Origin: a virus | Direction: 5' to 3' (one strand) | IMG/VR virus record: IMGVR_UViG_3300032235_001069 | Span: 1 to 64,000 of that record | DNA: 64,000 nucleotides | In this document: piece by piece, positions 21,258 to 29,873 of the stretch | Layout of the letters: the number at the start of each line of letters is the position of its first letter | Numbering within the stretch: position 1 is the first letter of the stretch | The notes under the pieces: model-generated | The model's input: the letters and a program-made list of their open reading frames with translations, nothing else | Database searches by the model: none | What the model was told of the DNA's origin: nothing | Position numbers and translations under genes: made by a program

Positions 21258-21917
21258 TTAATTAGCCAAAAATTCAGAAAATAAAACTAACGATTCGTTG
21301 CCAATAAATTCTTCAGAAGATTTTGAATTTGTTGGATAATTTAAAACAGAGGAAAAAATTACTGATGAGCTTGTTTTAATTTTTCCATAACCAACTGGAA
21401 TTGCAGATCCTTGCTCAGAACTATTTACGTTATTACTAAAAACATAACTTTTCCCAGCAGATTCTATTGCTAGAGTTGCTCCGCCAACCGCTATGTTTTG
21501 AACTCCCATTGAAGGAGGCGAAGCTTGCTTCATTAAAGCGCTCATTAAAAATGAAACCCCCAAAGAAATTGCCATGTTGACTAAGCCAGCCACAATTTGA
21601 CCCGCCACAGTTAATGAACCAGCAGCAACTAATCCTATTCCAGCAGCAACAAGTTCACCACTTCCATATATAATTGGAATTATGTGAATTGACTCTATAG
21701 ACCTCTTTTCAATTAACTGATTTTGATTTTGCATTTCTTCATTATCAACTATAATAGAATAATAAATACCATTTTTACTCAATGATGATATTTTTTGGAG
21801 AAAACCTTTTTTATTAGCATCTATTCCTTTTAGTGCGGATAATGCGTTATTAATTTTTAATTTAAAAAAATTTCCAAAAATATGAGCTAATTCCCCATGT
21901 AAATAAATTTTAGTCAT
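21258..21917 (-). CDS. tail assembly protein, lambda gpI-like (copy 2)
   Basis: KIYLHGELAHIFG; SYVFSNNVNSSEQGSAIPVGYG. Confidence 0.8.
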   Translation of the reverse strand: MTKIYLHGELAHIFGNFFKLKINNALSALKGIDANKKGFLQKISSLSKNGIYYSIIVDNEEMQNQNQLIEKRSIESIHIIPIIYGSGELVAAGIGLVAAGSLTVAGQIVAGLVNMAISLGVSFLMSALMKQASPPSMGVQNIAVGGATLAIESAGKSYVFSNNVNSSEQGSAIPVGYGKIKTSSSVIFSSVLNYPTNSKSSEEFIGNESLVLFSEFLAN

Positions 21918-22521
21918 AAATGTCTATTTTATTTCCCAAGGAGTAAAAATCAGCTTCCTCATTAAATGAAATATTAGTGGGATAGCTTTTTACGGATATC
22001 GCTAAAATTTTAGAAGCAGTTTTAAATCTACCATATCCAAAATCTACTATTGTTCCTTGTGAAGATATGTTTTGCATATTGTCGAAAATATAACTTTTTC
22101 CAGCAGCTTCTGAAGCGTAAGCTGCACCACCAATAGATTGATCTGGCAGTTTAGGTGGAGATGGAATTTTTATCATGGCGTATTGAGCCATCGAAAAAGC
22201 GCTAGTTAAAAGCGACACTCCCAACATTGGCATGCCGAATGCAAAAGCCACTACTGCCGCTACAACTAAAACTGCCGTAACAACCCATTTCCATACTTTT
22301 CCACTTCCGCCAATTATCGGCAGTATGCATAAAGTTTTATTTTTTTTATCAATTTGAATGCAATAACTTAATTTATTTTTATTTAATTCGTTTATTTTTT
22401 TTCTAAAACCATTCTTTACAGCATCAATCGCAATTAAAACGTCATTTATTCTTCCTAAATGAATTTTTATTGTTTCTCCAAATTCTTTTGACAACAAACC
22501 GTATATTTTTACAGTAGTCAC
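21910..22521 (-). CDS. tail assembly protein, lambda gpI-like (copy 1)
   Basis: VKIYGLLSKEFG; SYIFDNMQNISSQGTIVDFGYG. Confidence 0.75.
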   Translation of the reverse strand: MTTVKIYGLLSKEFGETIKIHLGRINDVLIAIDAVKNGFRKKINELNKNKLSYCIQIDKKNKTLCILPIIGGSGKVWKWVVTAVLVVAAVVAFAFGMPMLGVSLLTSAFSMAQYAMIKIPSPPKLPDQSIGGAAYASEAAGKSYIFDNMQNISSQGTIVDFGYGRFKTASKILAISVKSYPTNISFNEEADFYSLGNKIDIYD

Positions 22522-22916
22522 ACTAATTCCTTTAACCTTTGTATAGTATTTACATCATAATCTTTATATTGAGGTTCATAAATAAAAAATTTCTCACTAC
22601 ATATTGAGTAAATTATGAAGGCCAAACAGCAATTTTCAGAAGTTTTTTCATCAAACTCGGATGGCTTTTCACTACCCACTAAATGACTATGAAAAACTGA
22701 AATAATTTTAAAATCATTTATAAACTCTAAATATTCATAAGGATCAATCATGAAATACATTTCTGGATTTTTTGATCTATTTTGCATTTTTCTATAAACA
22801 ATTTCATTTTTATTATTTAATCCTATGAGAGCGCATAATTCTGCAAAAAGACTATATTCAGCTTCTTTTTTTAAAAAAGGCACTAAATCTTCAATTTTTG
22901 AAAAAATTTTATCCAT
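22518..22916 (-). CDS. JAB/MPN-domain tail assembly protein (gpK N-terminal domain only)
   Basis: ELCALI...FHSH...PSEFD JAB motif; between the L and I genes. Confidence 0.8.
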   Translation of the reverse strand: MDKIFSKIEDLVPFLKKEAEYSLFAELCALIGLNNKNEIVYRKMQNRSKNPEMYFMIDPYEYLEFINDFKIISVFHSHLVGSEKPSEFDEKTSENCCLAFIIYSICSEKFFIYEPQYKDYDVNTIQRLKELV

Positions 22917-22917
22917 G

Positions 22918-23949
22918 TTATTGATATTGAAATTTATCAGTACCTGGAAATCCGCCAAAGGGCATAATTCCATTTACTGTATCGGAATCGTTATAGGCAA
23001 TATAATTTAAAAATGAATTATATTGTGGTAATACAAATCTTTTTTTACAAGCTTTAATTGTTTTTGAGCATCCGTCTTTTTGCCAAAAATCGTAAGATTT
23101 ATTTGGAGTAATAAATTTTGAAGACGTATGACTTTTTACGCATACAAAAAATGTCCTAGCTGGATCTTTAAAGCCATTTAAATCTATGTTTTCAACAAAA
23201 ACTATATCACCATCCAAATATTGCTTATCTAAAGACCATTTAAATTTTTTAATCGTTTCATCATAAGTCCCATTAATAAATTGACCAACTGAATCTTTTA
23301 AATGATTATTGGAAGTTGGCGCAACCGTAAAATCAACATCATTTTCTTGACATATTAAATCTCCTTGATATCCACAGCCAGCACCTCTATATTGCCAATA
23401 GCAATATCTACCATAAATAGCCCTTGTTGCAGTTTCTAAACTTTGCAAATCGAAAGGCGTAATCAATTCAAATTGAATTATTTGTTTATTTTCGATTAAT
23501 TTTTGCGATATCAGATATCTTTCTTGAGAAATATAAGCTAATGGATCTGGAGTTCCGAAAGGATTTTCTCCTTCATCAAAATTAACTGCATCCAAATGTT
23601 TTAAAAATAATCTAATTCTAACAAATTTACCGTTTCTAAAATCAGAATAGTCTCTTAAAATATTAGATATAGTATAATCAACGTTTGCCACAGTTACCTT
23701 TGGGCGAGGCAGTCTACCCATCAAGTTGGCCTCAAAACCTTCTACTTCAATTGCTGAAGCAAAATATTCATTACCATTCCAAACGATATTTTTTAAAAGA
23801 TTGTTTGTTCCAGAATGAAATCGATAAGGCTCCTGTTCCACATCAAAATAGAGTTCATACAGCTCAAGAATAGCTGATGGCTCCAACTCAATCAAAGATT
23901 TTCCGATTGTTTGCCTAGCTATTTTCCCTAATTCTTCTCTTGTTGCCAT
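22918..23949 (-). CDS. minor tail protein, lambda gpL-like
   Basis: GRLPRPKVTVAN, CYWQYRGAGCGY, CSKTIKACKKRF, PFGGFPG. Confidence 0.9.
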   Translation of the reverse strand: MATREELGKIARQTIGKSLIELEPSAILELYELYFDVEQEPYRFHSGTNNLLKNIVWNGNEYFASAIEVEGFEANLMGRLPRPKVTVANVDYTISNILRDYSDFRNGKFVRIRLFLKHLDAVNFDEGENPFGTPDPLAYISQERYLISQKLIENKQIIQFELITPFDLQSLETATRAIYGRYCYWQYRGAGCGYQGDLICQENDVDFTVAPTSNNHLKDSVGQFINGTYDETIKKFKWSLDKQYLDGDIVFVENIDLNGFKDPARTFFVCVKSHTSSKFITPNKSYDFWQKDGCSKTIKACKKRFVLPQYNSFLNYIAYNDSDTVNGIMPFGGFPGTDKFQYQ

Positions 23950-24002
23950 AGTTATTATAATTTTAAGATTGACTTTTTAACAGATGGTTTTACACTCATT
24001 AT

Positions 24003-24530
24003 ATGGGTTTCAGGAGTAAATACGACTACAGTGGAGAAAGTCAAAAAATGGGGGAATCTGCCGAATGCATTTTCGAGGATTTGGCAAAACAAAAGAATTT
24101 AAATCCCGTTAGGGCGACAACAAAGCAACAAATTTCTCACATAGACTTCATTTTAACTGCAAAAAATAATTTAAAGTATCTAGTAGACGTTAAGGCGAGG
24201 AAGAAAAGCTCTAGAGGTGATAGTGGAGTAAGTGACGAATTAGTTTGGGTTGAATTCAAAAATGTCGCTGGAAATAAAGGGTGGCTATATGGAGCTGCCG
24301 ATTATATCGCTTTCGAAAGAGAAAATGATTTTATTATAGTTTCAAGATTGAATTTAATTACTCTTTGCGACCGTTTAGTTAATAAGAATTCAAAAGCAAC
24401 CACCTCAAAAGATGCCTTGTACAAGATTTATTCGCGAGCTGGTAGAAATGATGAAATTTCTATGATTAAAATGCAGGATATTTTGGATAATATTAAAACT
24501 ACAGTATGGAACAAATCTCAGCAAATTTAA
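24003..24530 (+). CDS. PD-(D/E)XK-type phage nuclease
   Basis: HIDF...VDVKARK...WVEFKNVAGNKGWLYG. Confidence 0.6.
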   Translation: MGFRSKYDYSGESQKMGESAECIFEDLAKQKNLNPVRATTKQQISHIDFILTAKNNLKYLVDVKARKKSSRGDSGVSDELVWVEFKNVAGNKGWLYGAADYIAFERENDFIIVSRLNLITLCDRLVNKNSKATTSKDALYKIYSRAGRNDEISMIKMQDILDNIKTTVWNKSQQI

Positions 24531-24769
24531 AAGTAATAGGTACAAATGGCTTATTGAAGGAATGGTTGGATAAAGAATTTAAAGCTAATTCTATTGTCGC
24601 AAACGAAGTGAGTTGCATTTTATGTCAACTAGACGATGGAAATGAGATTTATTTCAACAAATCTCCTAAAATCGAACTTACTACCGAGGGTTTTACAATT
24701 GAAGGTCTTGCACAAATAGGCTATTCTATCGGCAACATTAAAGTACTCTTAACAAATATAAACAAATGA
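24506..24769 (+). CDS. hypothetical protein
   Basis: 87 aa, overlaps both neighbours in the operon. Confidence 0.55.
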   Translation: MEQISANLKVIGTNGLLKEWLDKEFKANSIVANEVSCILCQLDDGNEIYFNKSPKIELTTEGFTIEGLAQIGYSIGNIKVLLTNINK

Positions 24770-25740
24770 AAGAAATGCTATCTTACAAAGATGTAGTTTT
24801 AATCCCTAACTACTCTGAAGTAAAATCAAGAGACAACCTATCAACAGAAGTAGATTTTCTCGGAACAAAATTCAAATTGCCAGTTTTGCCAGCAAATATG
24901 GCATGCACAGTAAATTTTAAATGGGCGGAGACGCTTGGAAAACAAGGATATTTTTACATTTTGCATAGATTTTATGATTATTTTGGCAAGAGTGGAATTC
25001 GCGAATGGTTAATGGCTAAAAATAAATCAGGCTTTCCTTTAAGCATTAGTGTCGGAGTAAAAGATATTGATTATGATCTGCTGCAAGATCTGGCAGAAAA
25101 TGATTACAATGTTCATTTTATTACTATTGATGTTGCTCACGGACATAGTTTGCAAGTAAAGAATGTTTGTAAATTTTTTCATCAACTTCCTTGGAAGATT
25201 AAACCAAAACTAATCGTTGGCAATGCTGGATCAGTTTCAGGAGCAAAAGACTTGATTGAATGGGGCGCAGATGCAATTAAAGTTGGACTTTCAATGGGTG
25301 CGGCTTGCACAACCTATAATAATACTGGTGTGGGTACGCCAATGTATTCGATCATTGCTGAAATCAAAGAAGCAATGGAAAACAAAATCATGCCAAAAGT
25401 TCCAATTATCGCTGATGGACAAGTAAGAGAAGTGGGAGATTCCTGTAAAGCCCTCCATGCTGGAGCAGATATGGTTATGGTTGGCGGTATGTTTGCGGCT
25501 TGCCATGACAGTGCGGCTCCTTTTAATGGAGACAAGAAAATCTTTTATGGTTCTGCTTCTGCAAGAAATAAAGGCGAAGACAAATATACCGAAGGAAGAG
25601 AAAGTTTAATTGATTTATCTCAAGATTCAGTAATCGATTTGTTAAAAAGATTCGAACAAGGAATTAAATCATCAATGTCATATGCTGGGGCATCATCTCC
25701 ATACGAATTGTGTAAAATGGAAGTAAGGAAAAGAGTATGA
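24766..25740 (+). CDS. guaC: GMP reductase (IMPDH/GMPR family)
   Basis: PANM, ITIDVAHGHS, IKVGLSMGAACTT, IIADG, FYGSAS, SSMSYAG. Confidence 0.9.
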   Translation: MKEMLSYKDVVLIPNYSEVKSRDNLSTEVDFLGTKFKLPVLPANMACTVNFKWAETLGKQGYFYILHRFYDYFGKSGIREWLMAKNKSGFPLSISVGVKDIDYDLLQDLAENDYNVHFITIDVAHGHSLQVKNVCKFFHQLPWKIKPKLIVGNAGSVSGAKDLIEWGADAIKVGLSMGAACTTYNNTGVGTPMYSIIAEIKEAMENKIMPKVPIIADGQVREVGDSCKALHAGADMVMVGGMFAACHDSAAPFNGDKKIFYGSASARNKGEDKYTEGRESLIDLSQDSVIDLLKRFEQGIKSSMSYAGASSPYELCKMEVRKRV

Positions 25741-26405
25741 CTCCCGAAACCAAAAACAAAATACAAAGAATTTTAAACTATATAGAATCTGGCTCGCAAA
25801 ATGGAAATTATGCGGCCATTTCTCTATATAAGGATGGTCCCAATCAAATCAAACAAATTACATTCGGCAAAAGCCAAACAACAGAATGGGGCAATTTAAA
25901 TAAATTAATATCCCTATATGTTCAAAAAGATGGCAAATTTGCAGATGAATTAAAGCCATATTTACAAAAGATCGGAAAAGTTTCAGTAGTAAATGACGCA
26001 AATTTACTTTCCTTGTTAAAGGGCTCTGGTTCAGATCCAATCATGCAAGAATCTCAAGATGAATTTTTCGATGAACATTATTGGAAGCCTGCTGTAAAGT
26101 GGTTTGAGTCAAACAAATTTACTTTGCCACTTTCCATGCTTGTGATTTATGATTCTTTCATTCATTCTGGCAGTATTTTGAGCTTTTTAAGGAATAAATT
26201 TTCTGCTTCAATTCCTTCCAAGGGTGGAGGCGAAAGAGAATGGATTGTTTCTTACTTGAAAGTAAGACATGAATGGCTAAAAAATCATTCCAATCCAATT
26301 CTTAGAAAAACAATTTACAGAACAAGAGACATGCTTGCAGCAGTAGAAAAAGAAAACTGGGATCTTAAGCAAGTTTATCACTGCAATGGCGAAAATATCG
26401 CTTGA
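25737..26405 (+). CDS. GH46 chitosanase/lysozyme-fold glycosidase, endolysin candidate
   Basis: E-x-G...YAAI...DG...ITFG...TTEWGNL; YWKPA; VIYDSFIHSG. Confidence 0.7.
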   Translation: MTPETKNKIQRILNYIESGSQNGNYAAISLYKDGPNQIKQITFGKSQTTEWGNLNKLISLYVQKDGKFADELKPYLQKIGKVSVVNDANLLSLLKGSGSDPIMQESQDEFFDEHYWKPAVKWFESNKFTLPLSMLVIYDSFIHSGSILSFLRNKFSASIPSKGGGEREWIVSYLKVRHEWLKNHSNPILRKTIYRTRDMLAAVEKENWDLKQVYHCNGENIA

Positions 26406-26450
26406 CTTTTGAAAACGCTAGATGTATTATCTGGCACATATACGAAATTT

Positions 26451-26717
26451 ATGAATGAAGAAATCCCTACAATCAGCGAAGCAATCAACAAAGCAAACTC
26501 AGCTCAAGTAGACTGCCTTTGGGCAATCTTGAAGTATAAGGAAATTGGTATCTTGCGCAAGATCAAGTGCATGGCCGAAGTTCTTAATTTTGATCTGGAT
26601 TTGGCCTGTAAGGAATTGCCAGTGAATGAAAACGGTTTTATTGTAGATTACAAGAGTCGCCATATGATTCACGACATTCTTCTAGGTAAGTCAAAGCAAC
26701 TTGCAGGAAGAAACTAA
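26451..26717 (+). CDS. hypothetical protein
   Basis: ATG downstream of a TTGACT promoter-like element. Confidence 0.55.
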   Translation: MNEEIPTISEAINKANSAQVDCLWAILKYKEIGILRKIKCMAEVLNFDLDLACKELPVNENGFIVDYKSRHMIHDILLGKSKQLAGRN

Positions 26718-26721
26718 AAAA

Positions 26722-26946
26722 ATGGAAGAAAAGTCAGTTCCTCAATTTGATGAGTTGGTTTCTGTAGTAAGTTACGAGATCCTTGATGGCAAGGACGAAT
26801 ATGTAACTTCGTACAGTGCCGATCTTAAAAAAAATACGAATGGTCGTCTTGATGGTCTAAAAATGGCTAAAGATACTCTGAGGTATCGTCCAGATTATAG
26901 ACTTTATGAGGTCTATTCTAATGGGTATAGGAAACTGATTGATTAA
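26722..26946 (+). CDS. hypothetical protein
   Basis: ORF between 26717 and the tRNA cluster. Confidence 0.5.
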   Translation: MEEKSVPQFDELVSVVSYEILDGKDEYVTSYSADLKKNTNGRLDGLKMAKDTLRYRPDYRLYEVYSNGYRKLID

Positions 26947-26952
26947 TTTAAT

Positions 26953-27028
26953 CGCAGGTTGGACAAGAGGTCAAGTCGTTTGGCTCATAACCAAAAGATC
27001 GGGGGTTCAAATCCCTCACCTGCAACCA
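26953..27028 (+). tRNA. tRNA-Met(CAT), initiator-like
   Basis: C1:A72 mismatch, TTTGG-CTCATAA-CCAAA anticodon arm, GGTTCAAATCC T arm, encoded CCA. Confidence 0.9.
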
Positions 27029-27030
27029 AT

Positions 27031-27191
27031 TTCGAGTAACCACAACCCCACTGGTAGTAGGGTGGGATGTAATTGGAATGTAGCATCCTGTAACTCCTGC
27101 TCGAAAGCGACACCTGCCTCTCTGCGAATGTGGAGTGCATGGATCGGGAATACTCGGTCGAAGAGTGGTGCGACTAATCGGAGAGACGATT
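27031..27191 (+). ncRNA. unidentified structured RNA, copy 1
   Basis: TTCGAGTA/TGCTCGAA stem; GCGACACCTGC; two hairpins; GTGGTGCGAC; AATCG-GAGAGA-CGATT. Confidence 0.7.
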
Positions 27192-27198
27192 TTTAATT

Positions 27199-27346
27199 AG
27201 CTCGTCCACCATGTGTGGAAGGAGCAACGAGGTCACTATGTGACTTCAGCCTTGCGACACCTGCTAGTGGCTCCATGCCGCTAGGTTGAGTCTGCGCTTG
27301 TTAGTTGCGTGGACTAAATCAGTGGTGTGACACTGGGAGAGACTAG
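27199..27346 (+). ncRNA. unidentified structured RNA, copy 2
   Basis: two 5' hairpins; GCGACACCTGC; two hairpins; GTGGTGTGAC; CTGG-GAGAGA-CTAG. Confidence 0.7.
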
Positions 27347-27357
27347 ACAATTTTAAT

Positions 27358-27442
27358 GGGTAGTTCGCATAGCGGCTATTGCAGGAGACTGTAAATTTCC
27401 CGACTTCGGTCATCGATGGTTCGAGTCCATCACTACCCACCA
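27358..27442 (+). tRNA. tRNA-Tyr(GTA)
   Basis: GGGTAGT/ACTACCC acceptor, CTGTAAA loop, long variable arm, CCA. Confidence 0.92.
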
Positions 27443-27481
27443 TTTTAGAAAAAATATAGTAATTATTTACTATATATTAAT

Positions 27482-27556
27482 TCCTCTCTACCATAACGGA
27501 AATGGAACGTCCTGTTAAGACGTAATATCTTGGTTCAAATCCAAGGGGAGGAGCCA
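27482..27556 (+). tRNA. tRNA-Asn(GTT)
   Basis: ACGTC-CTGTTAA-GACGT, G73, CCA. Confidence 0.9.
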
Positions 27557-27621
27557 TCTTTTTAAGATTAATGGTAGAGCAAAAATGTCTCTACCATTTA
27601 AATTGAGTGTATTCTGCAATA

Positions 27622-27966
27622 ATGAAAGAAAAACTTATTATTAAAAAATGCCCTCATCATGGCGATTCCGACTTTGTTTTAGAAAATAGAAATGCATATA
27701 GATGCAAAAAATGTAGATCAGAATCAATAGCAAAAAAAAGAAAAATTATTAAACAAAAACTAATTAATATTTTTGGCGGCAAATGTACAATTTGCAATTA
27801 TAATAAATGCGATTCAGCCTTAGAATTTCATCATCTAGATAGAAAAACAAAATCTTTTGAATTGAGTCAGCGAAATTACTATAGATCATTTGAAAGAATT
27901 TTAGAAGAAGCTAAAAAATGCATATTAGTTTGCGCAAATTGCCACAGAGAAATTGAAAATTTATAA
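27622..27966 (+). CDS. HNH homing endonuclease
   Basis: GGKCTICNY...ALEFHH...CILVCANCHRE; inserted between tRNAs. Confidence 0.85.
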   Translation: MKEKLIIKKCPHHGDSDFVLENRNAYRCKKCRSESIAKKRKIIKQKLINIFGGKCTICNYNKCDSALEFHHLDRKTKSFELSQRNYYRSFERILEEAKKCILVCANCHREIENL

Positions 27967-27975
27967 AAATTTCTC

Positions 27976-28050
27976 GCCAACATAGTTTAGTGGTAGAGCA
28001 ACGGTTTTGTAAACCGTCGGTCCTCGGTTCAATCCCGAGTGTTGGCTCCA
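27976..28050 (+). tRNA. tRNA-Thr(TGT)
   Basis: GCCAACA/TGTTGGC, ACGGT-TTTGTAA-ACCGT, CCA. Confidence 0.92.
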
Positions 28051-28081
28051 CTTTAATCTCGGTGTAAATATATTACAACCT

Positions 28082-28708
28082 ATGGACAACTACAGATTCA
28101 TTCAAATCCTCCAAGAGCTAATCAATTCTCAAAATAATACGATTGGCACTCTAAACAACTTCCTACAAGAAGCTCAAAATAGTAATTATTCTTCATATTC
28201 AGAAGCTGATTACGGCAATCTACAAAACACAAATCGCGATTTGCAAAGCCAAATAGATAATTTAAATGGCACAATTGGCAATCTTCAATCAAGCTATCAG
28301 CAATTAGTTGATCAAATTAATTCTGGTTCTATTTCAAATAGCGCTCAAACTGACGCTTTACAAAGCTTGGTTTCCGCAATCACTGCAGAAAGAGATTCCT
28401 TGGCGCAACAGTTGCAATCTAAAGAAAGCGAAGCTAATCTATTGAGAAGTGACTTGCAATCAGTCTCGAATTCAATTTCAGATTCATCTAACGCATTAAA
28501 TAATTTGCAAAATCAAATCACTGATTTGAATAACAAATTAACAGAAGCCTACGATAATCTTAATGCTAAAAATGAAGAGCTTTTAGCTTCTGAAGAAAAA
28601 ATTAGCAATTTAAATCAAACCTTAATTGCCGTTAAGAGAAAAATCAAAGAAGAACTTGATGAAGCTGAAGCTGACATCGAATCAGCTTTGGACCAAATCA
28701 AAGGTTGA
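28082..28708 (+). CDS. coiled-coil protein
   Basis: 208 aa of near-continuous heptads; GTGTAA upstream. Confidence 0.7.
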   Translation: MDNYRFIQILQELINSQNNTIGTLNNFLQEAQNSNYSSYSEADYGNLQNTNRDLQSQIDNLNGTIGNLQSSYQQLVDQINSGSISNSAQTDALQSLVSAITAERDSLAQQLQSKESEANLLRSDLQSVSNSISDSSNALNNLQNQITDLNNKLTEAYDNLNAKNEELLASEEKISNLNQTLIAVKRKIKEELDEAEADIESALDQIKG

Positions 28709-28762
28709 ATCAAAAGATTCTTTGCTAAAATATTTAATTTGCTTAAGTTTTAGTTGTAGCAT

Positions 28763-28834
28763 CCACCGTTACCCAAATGGCTAAGGGAGCAGTCTGCAAA
28801 ACTGCGAATGTTGGTTCGATTCCAACACGGTGGT
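28763..28834 (+). tRNA. tRNA-Cys(GCA), CCA not encoded
   Basis: CCACCGT/ACGGTGG, GCAGT-CTGCAAA-ACTGC, U73. Confidence 0.88.
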
Positions 28835-28855
28835 TTATTTTGTGTAAAATATTTT

Positions 28856-29059
28856 ATGGGTTTAGAAAAAGCAATTCTTCATGGTAAGGAAAAGAGAAAA
28901 TCCTTTAGGAACTCTAAAGCATTTGACTACTCCTGTCGCAATCACGGTTCATGCCCTTGGTGTTTACATAATCGCACTCATTCTCATCGTAAAAATAAAC
29001 TGATTTGTTTAGAAAAGATAAAAGAATTCAATAATGAGTGGAAGAATAGACAAGATTGA
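28856..29059 (+). CDS. small basic phage protein
   Basis: KAFDYSCRNHGSCPWC motif common in phage ORFs. Confidence 0.65.
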   Translation: MGLEKAILHGKEKRKSFRNSKAFDYSCRNHGSCPWCLHNRTHSHRKNKLICLEKIKEFNNEWKNRQD

Positions 29060-29444
29060 TTGGTGGCTTGAATTAGCGGATGTCGCTTCAAAGCGCAGCG
29101 AAGATCCTTATCACAAGGTTGGTGCAGTAGCAATTAGAGAAGACGGCTCAATTGCTGGCGTTAGCTACAATGGCGCACCACCTAAAATAGAAATCGATTG
29201 GTCAGATCGAGAAAAAAGAAGACAATTTGTTATCCACGCAGAAACAAATTTATTAAGATACATTAAACCCCAAGAATGCCCAAATGTTGCGGTAACTTTA
29301 GCTCCTTGTTATGACTGCCTAAAGAATTTGGCATCTTATGGAGTTAAAAAAATTTATTTTAAATCCTACTACGATAAATGCGATAAATCAATTTTAGCAA
29401 AAATGGCTCACATTTACAAAATAGAATTATATCACTGCGATTAA
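29034..29444 (+). CDS. dCMP deaminase
   Basis: RSEDP...KVGA...YNG...IHAETN...PCYDC. Confidence 0.9.
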   Translation: MSGRIDKIDWWLELADVASKRSEDPYHKVGAVAIREDGSIAGVSYNGAPPKIEIDWSDREKRRQFVIHAETNLLRYIKPQECPNVAVTLAPCYDCLKNLASYGVKKIYFKSYYDKCDKSILAKMAHIYKIELYHCD

Positions 29445-29602
29445 TGAAAAGTATTTTATACCTTTGGTTTAAAGCTCTTGGAGAAAAAGCTCATAAAGAT
29501 CCTAAGATAGCTGATCGAGTTGCCATCATTAGGACAATAATTTTATTAATTTATTTAATCACAAACTTTGTGATTATTGCTGGCGTAATTCGCCACTGGT
29601 AA
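29444..29602 (+). CDS. small membrane protein
   Basis: 52 aa, W-x-KALGEKA...ADRVAIIRT...TNFVIIAGVIRHW; below the ORF-track cutoff. Confidence 0.65.
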   Translation: MKSILYLWFKALGEKAHKDPKIADRVAIIRTIILLIYLITNFVIIAGVIRHW

Positions 29603-29824
29603 TTATATCAAACCAATCGCACCATCTTTACTAACATCGGACCATTTTACTTCTGTTGCGTCTGAAGCATTTGATTTCTTATCTTTTCTGACTCTAAATT
29701 GGCGATAACAAACTGCTGCTCTTTGCTTTTGATCTTTAAAATCTTTGTTCATCGTGGGATCACCCATGCAATTTTGCATAAAGGAGTCTTCTTCTTGGTT
29801 CTTTTCGGGAGTTGGAAGCGGCAT
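29603..29824 (-). CDS. small phage protein (MPLPTP...QRAAVCY type)
   Basis: 73 aa; GTGTAA 9 nt upstream. Confidence 0.65.
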   Translation of the reverse strand: MPLPTPEKNQEEDSFMQNCMGDPTMNKDFKDQKQRAAVCYRQFRVRKDKKSNASDATEVKWSDVSKDGAIGLI

Positions 29825-29873
29825 ATTTAGTATTTACACTTGACTTTCAGAAAAAAGTCTATATTTTAGACAT

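Noticed and set aside
27085-27120. Twister ribozyme suggested by TAACTCC
   Set aside because: The remaining twister core and pseudoknots could not be found, and the second RNA copy lacks the motif
26939-27196. 85-aa ORF from the track
   Set aside because: Overlaps tRNA-Met and the first structured RNA; better explained as non-coding
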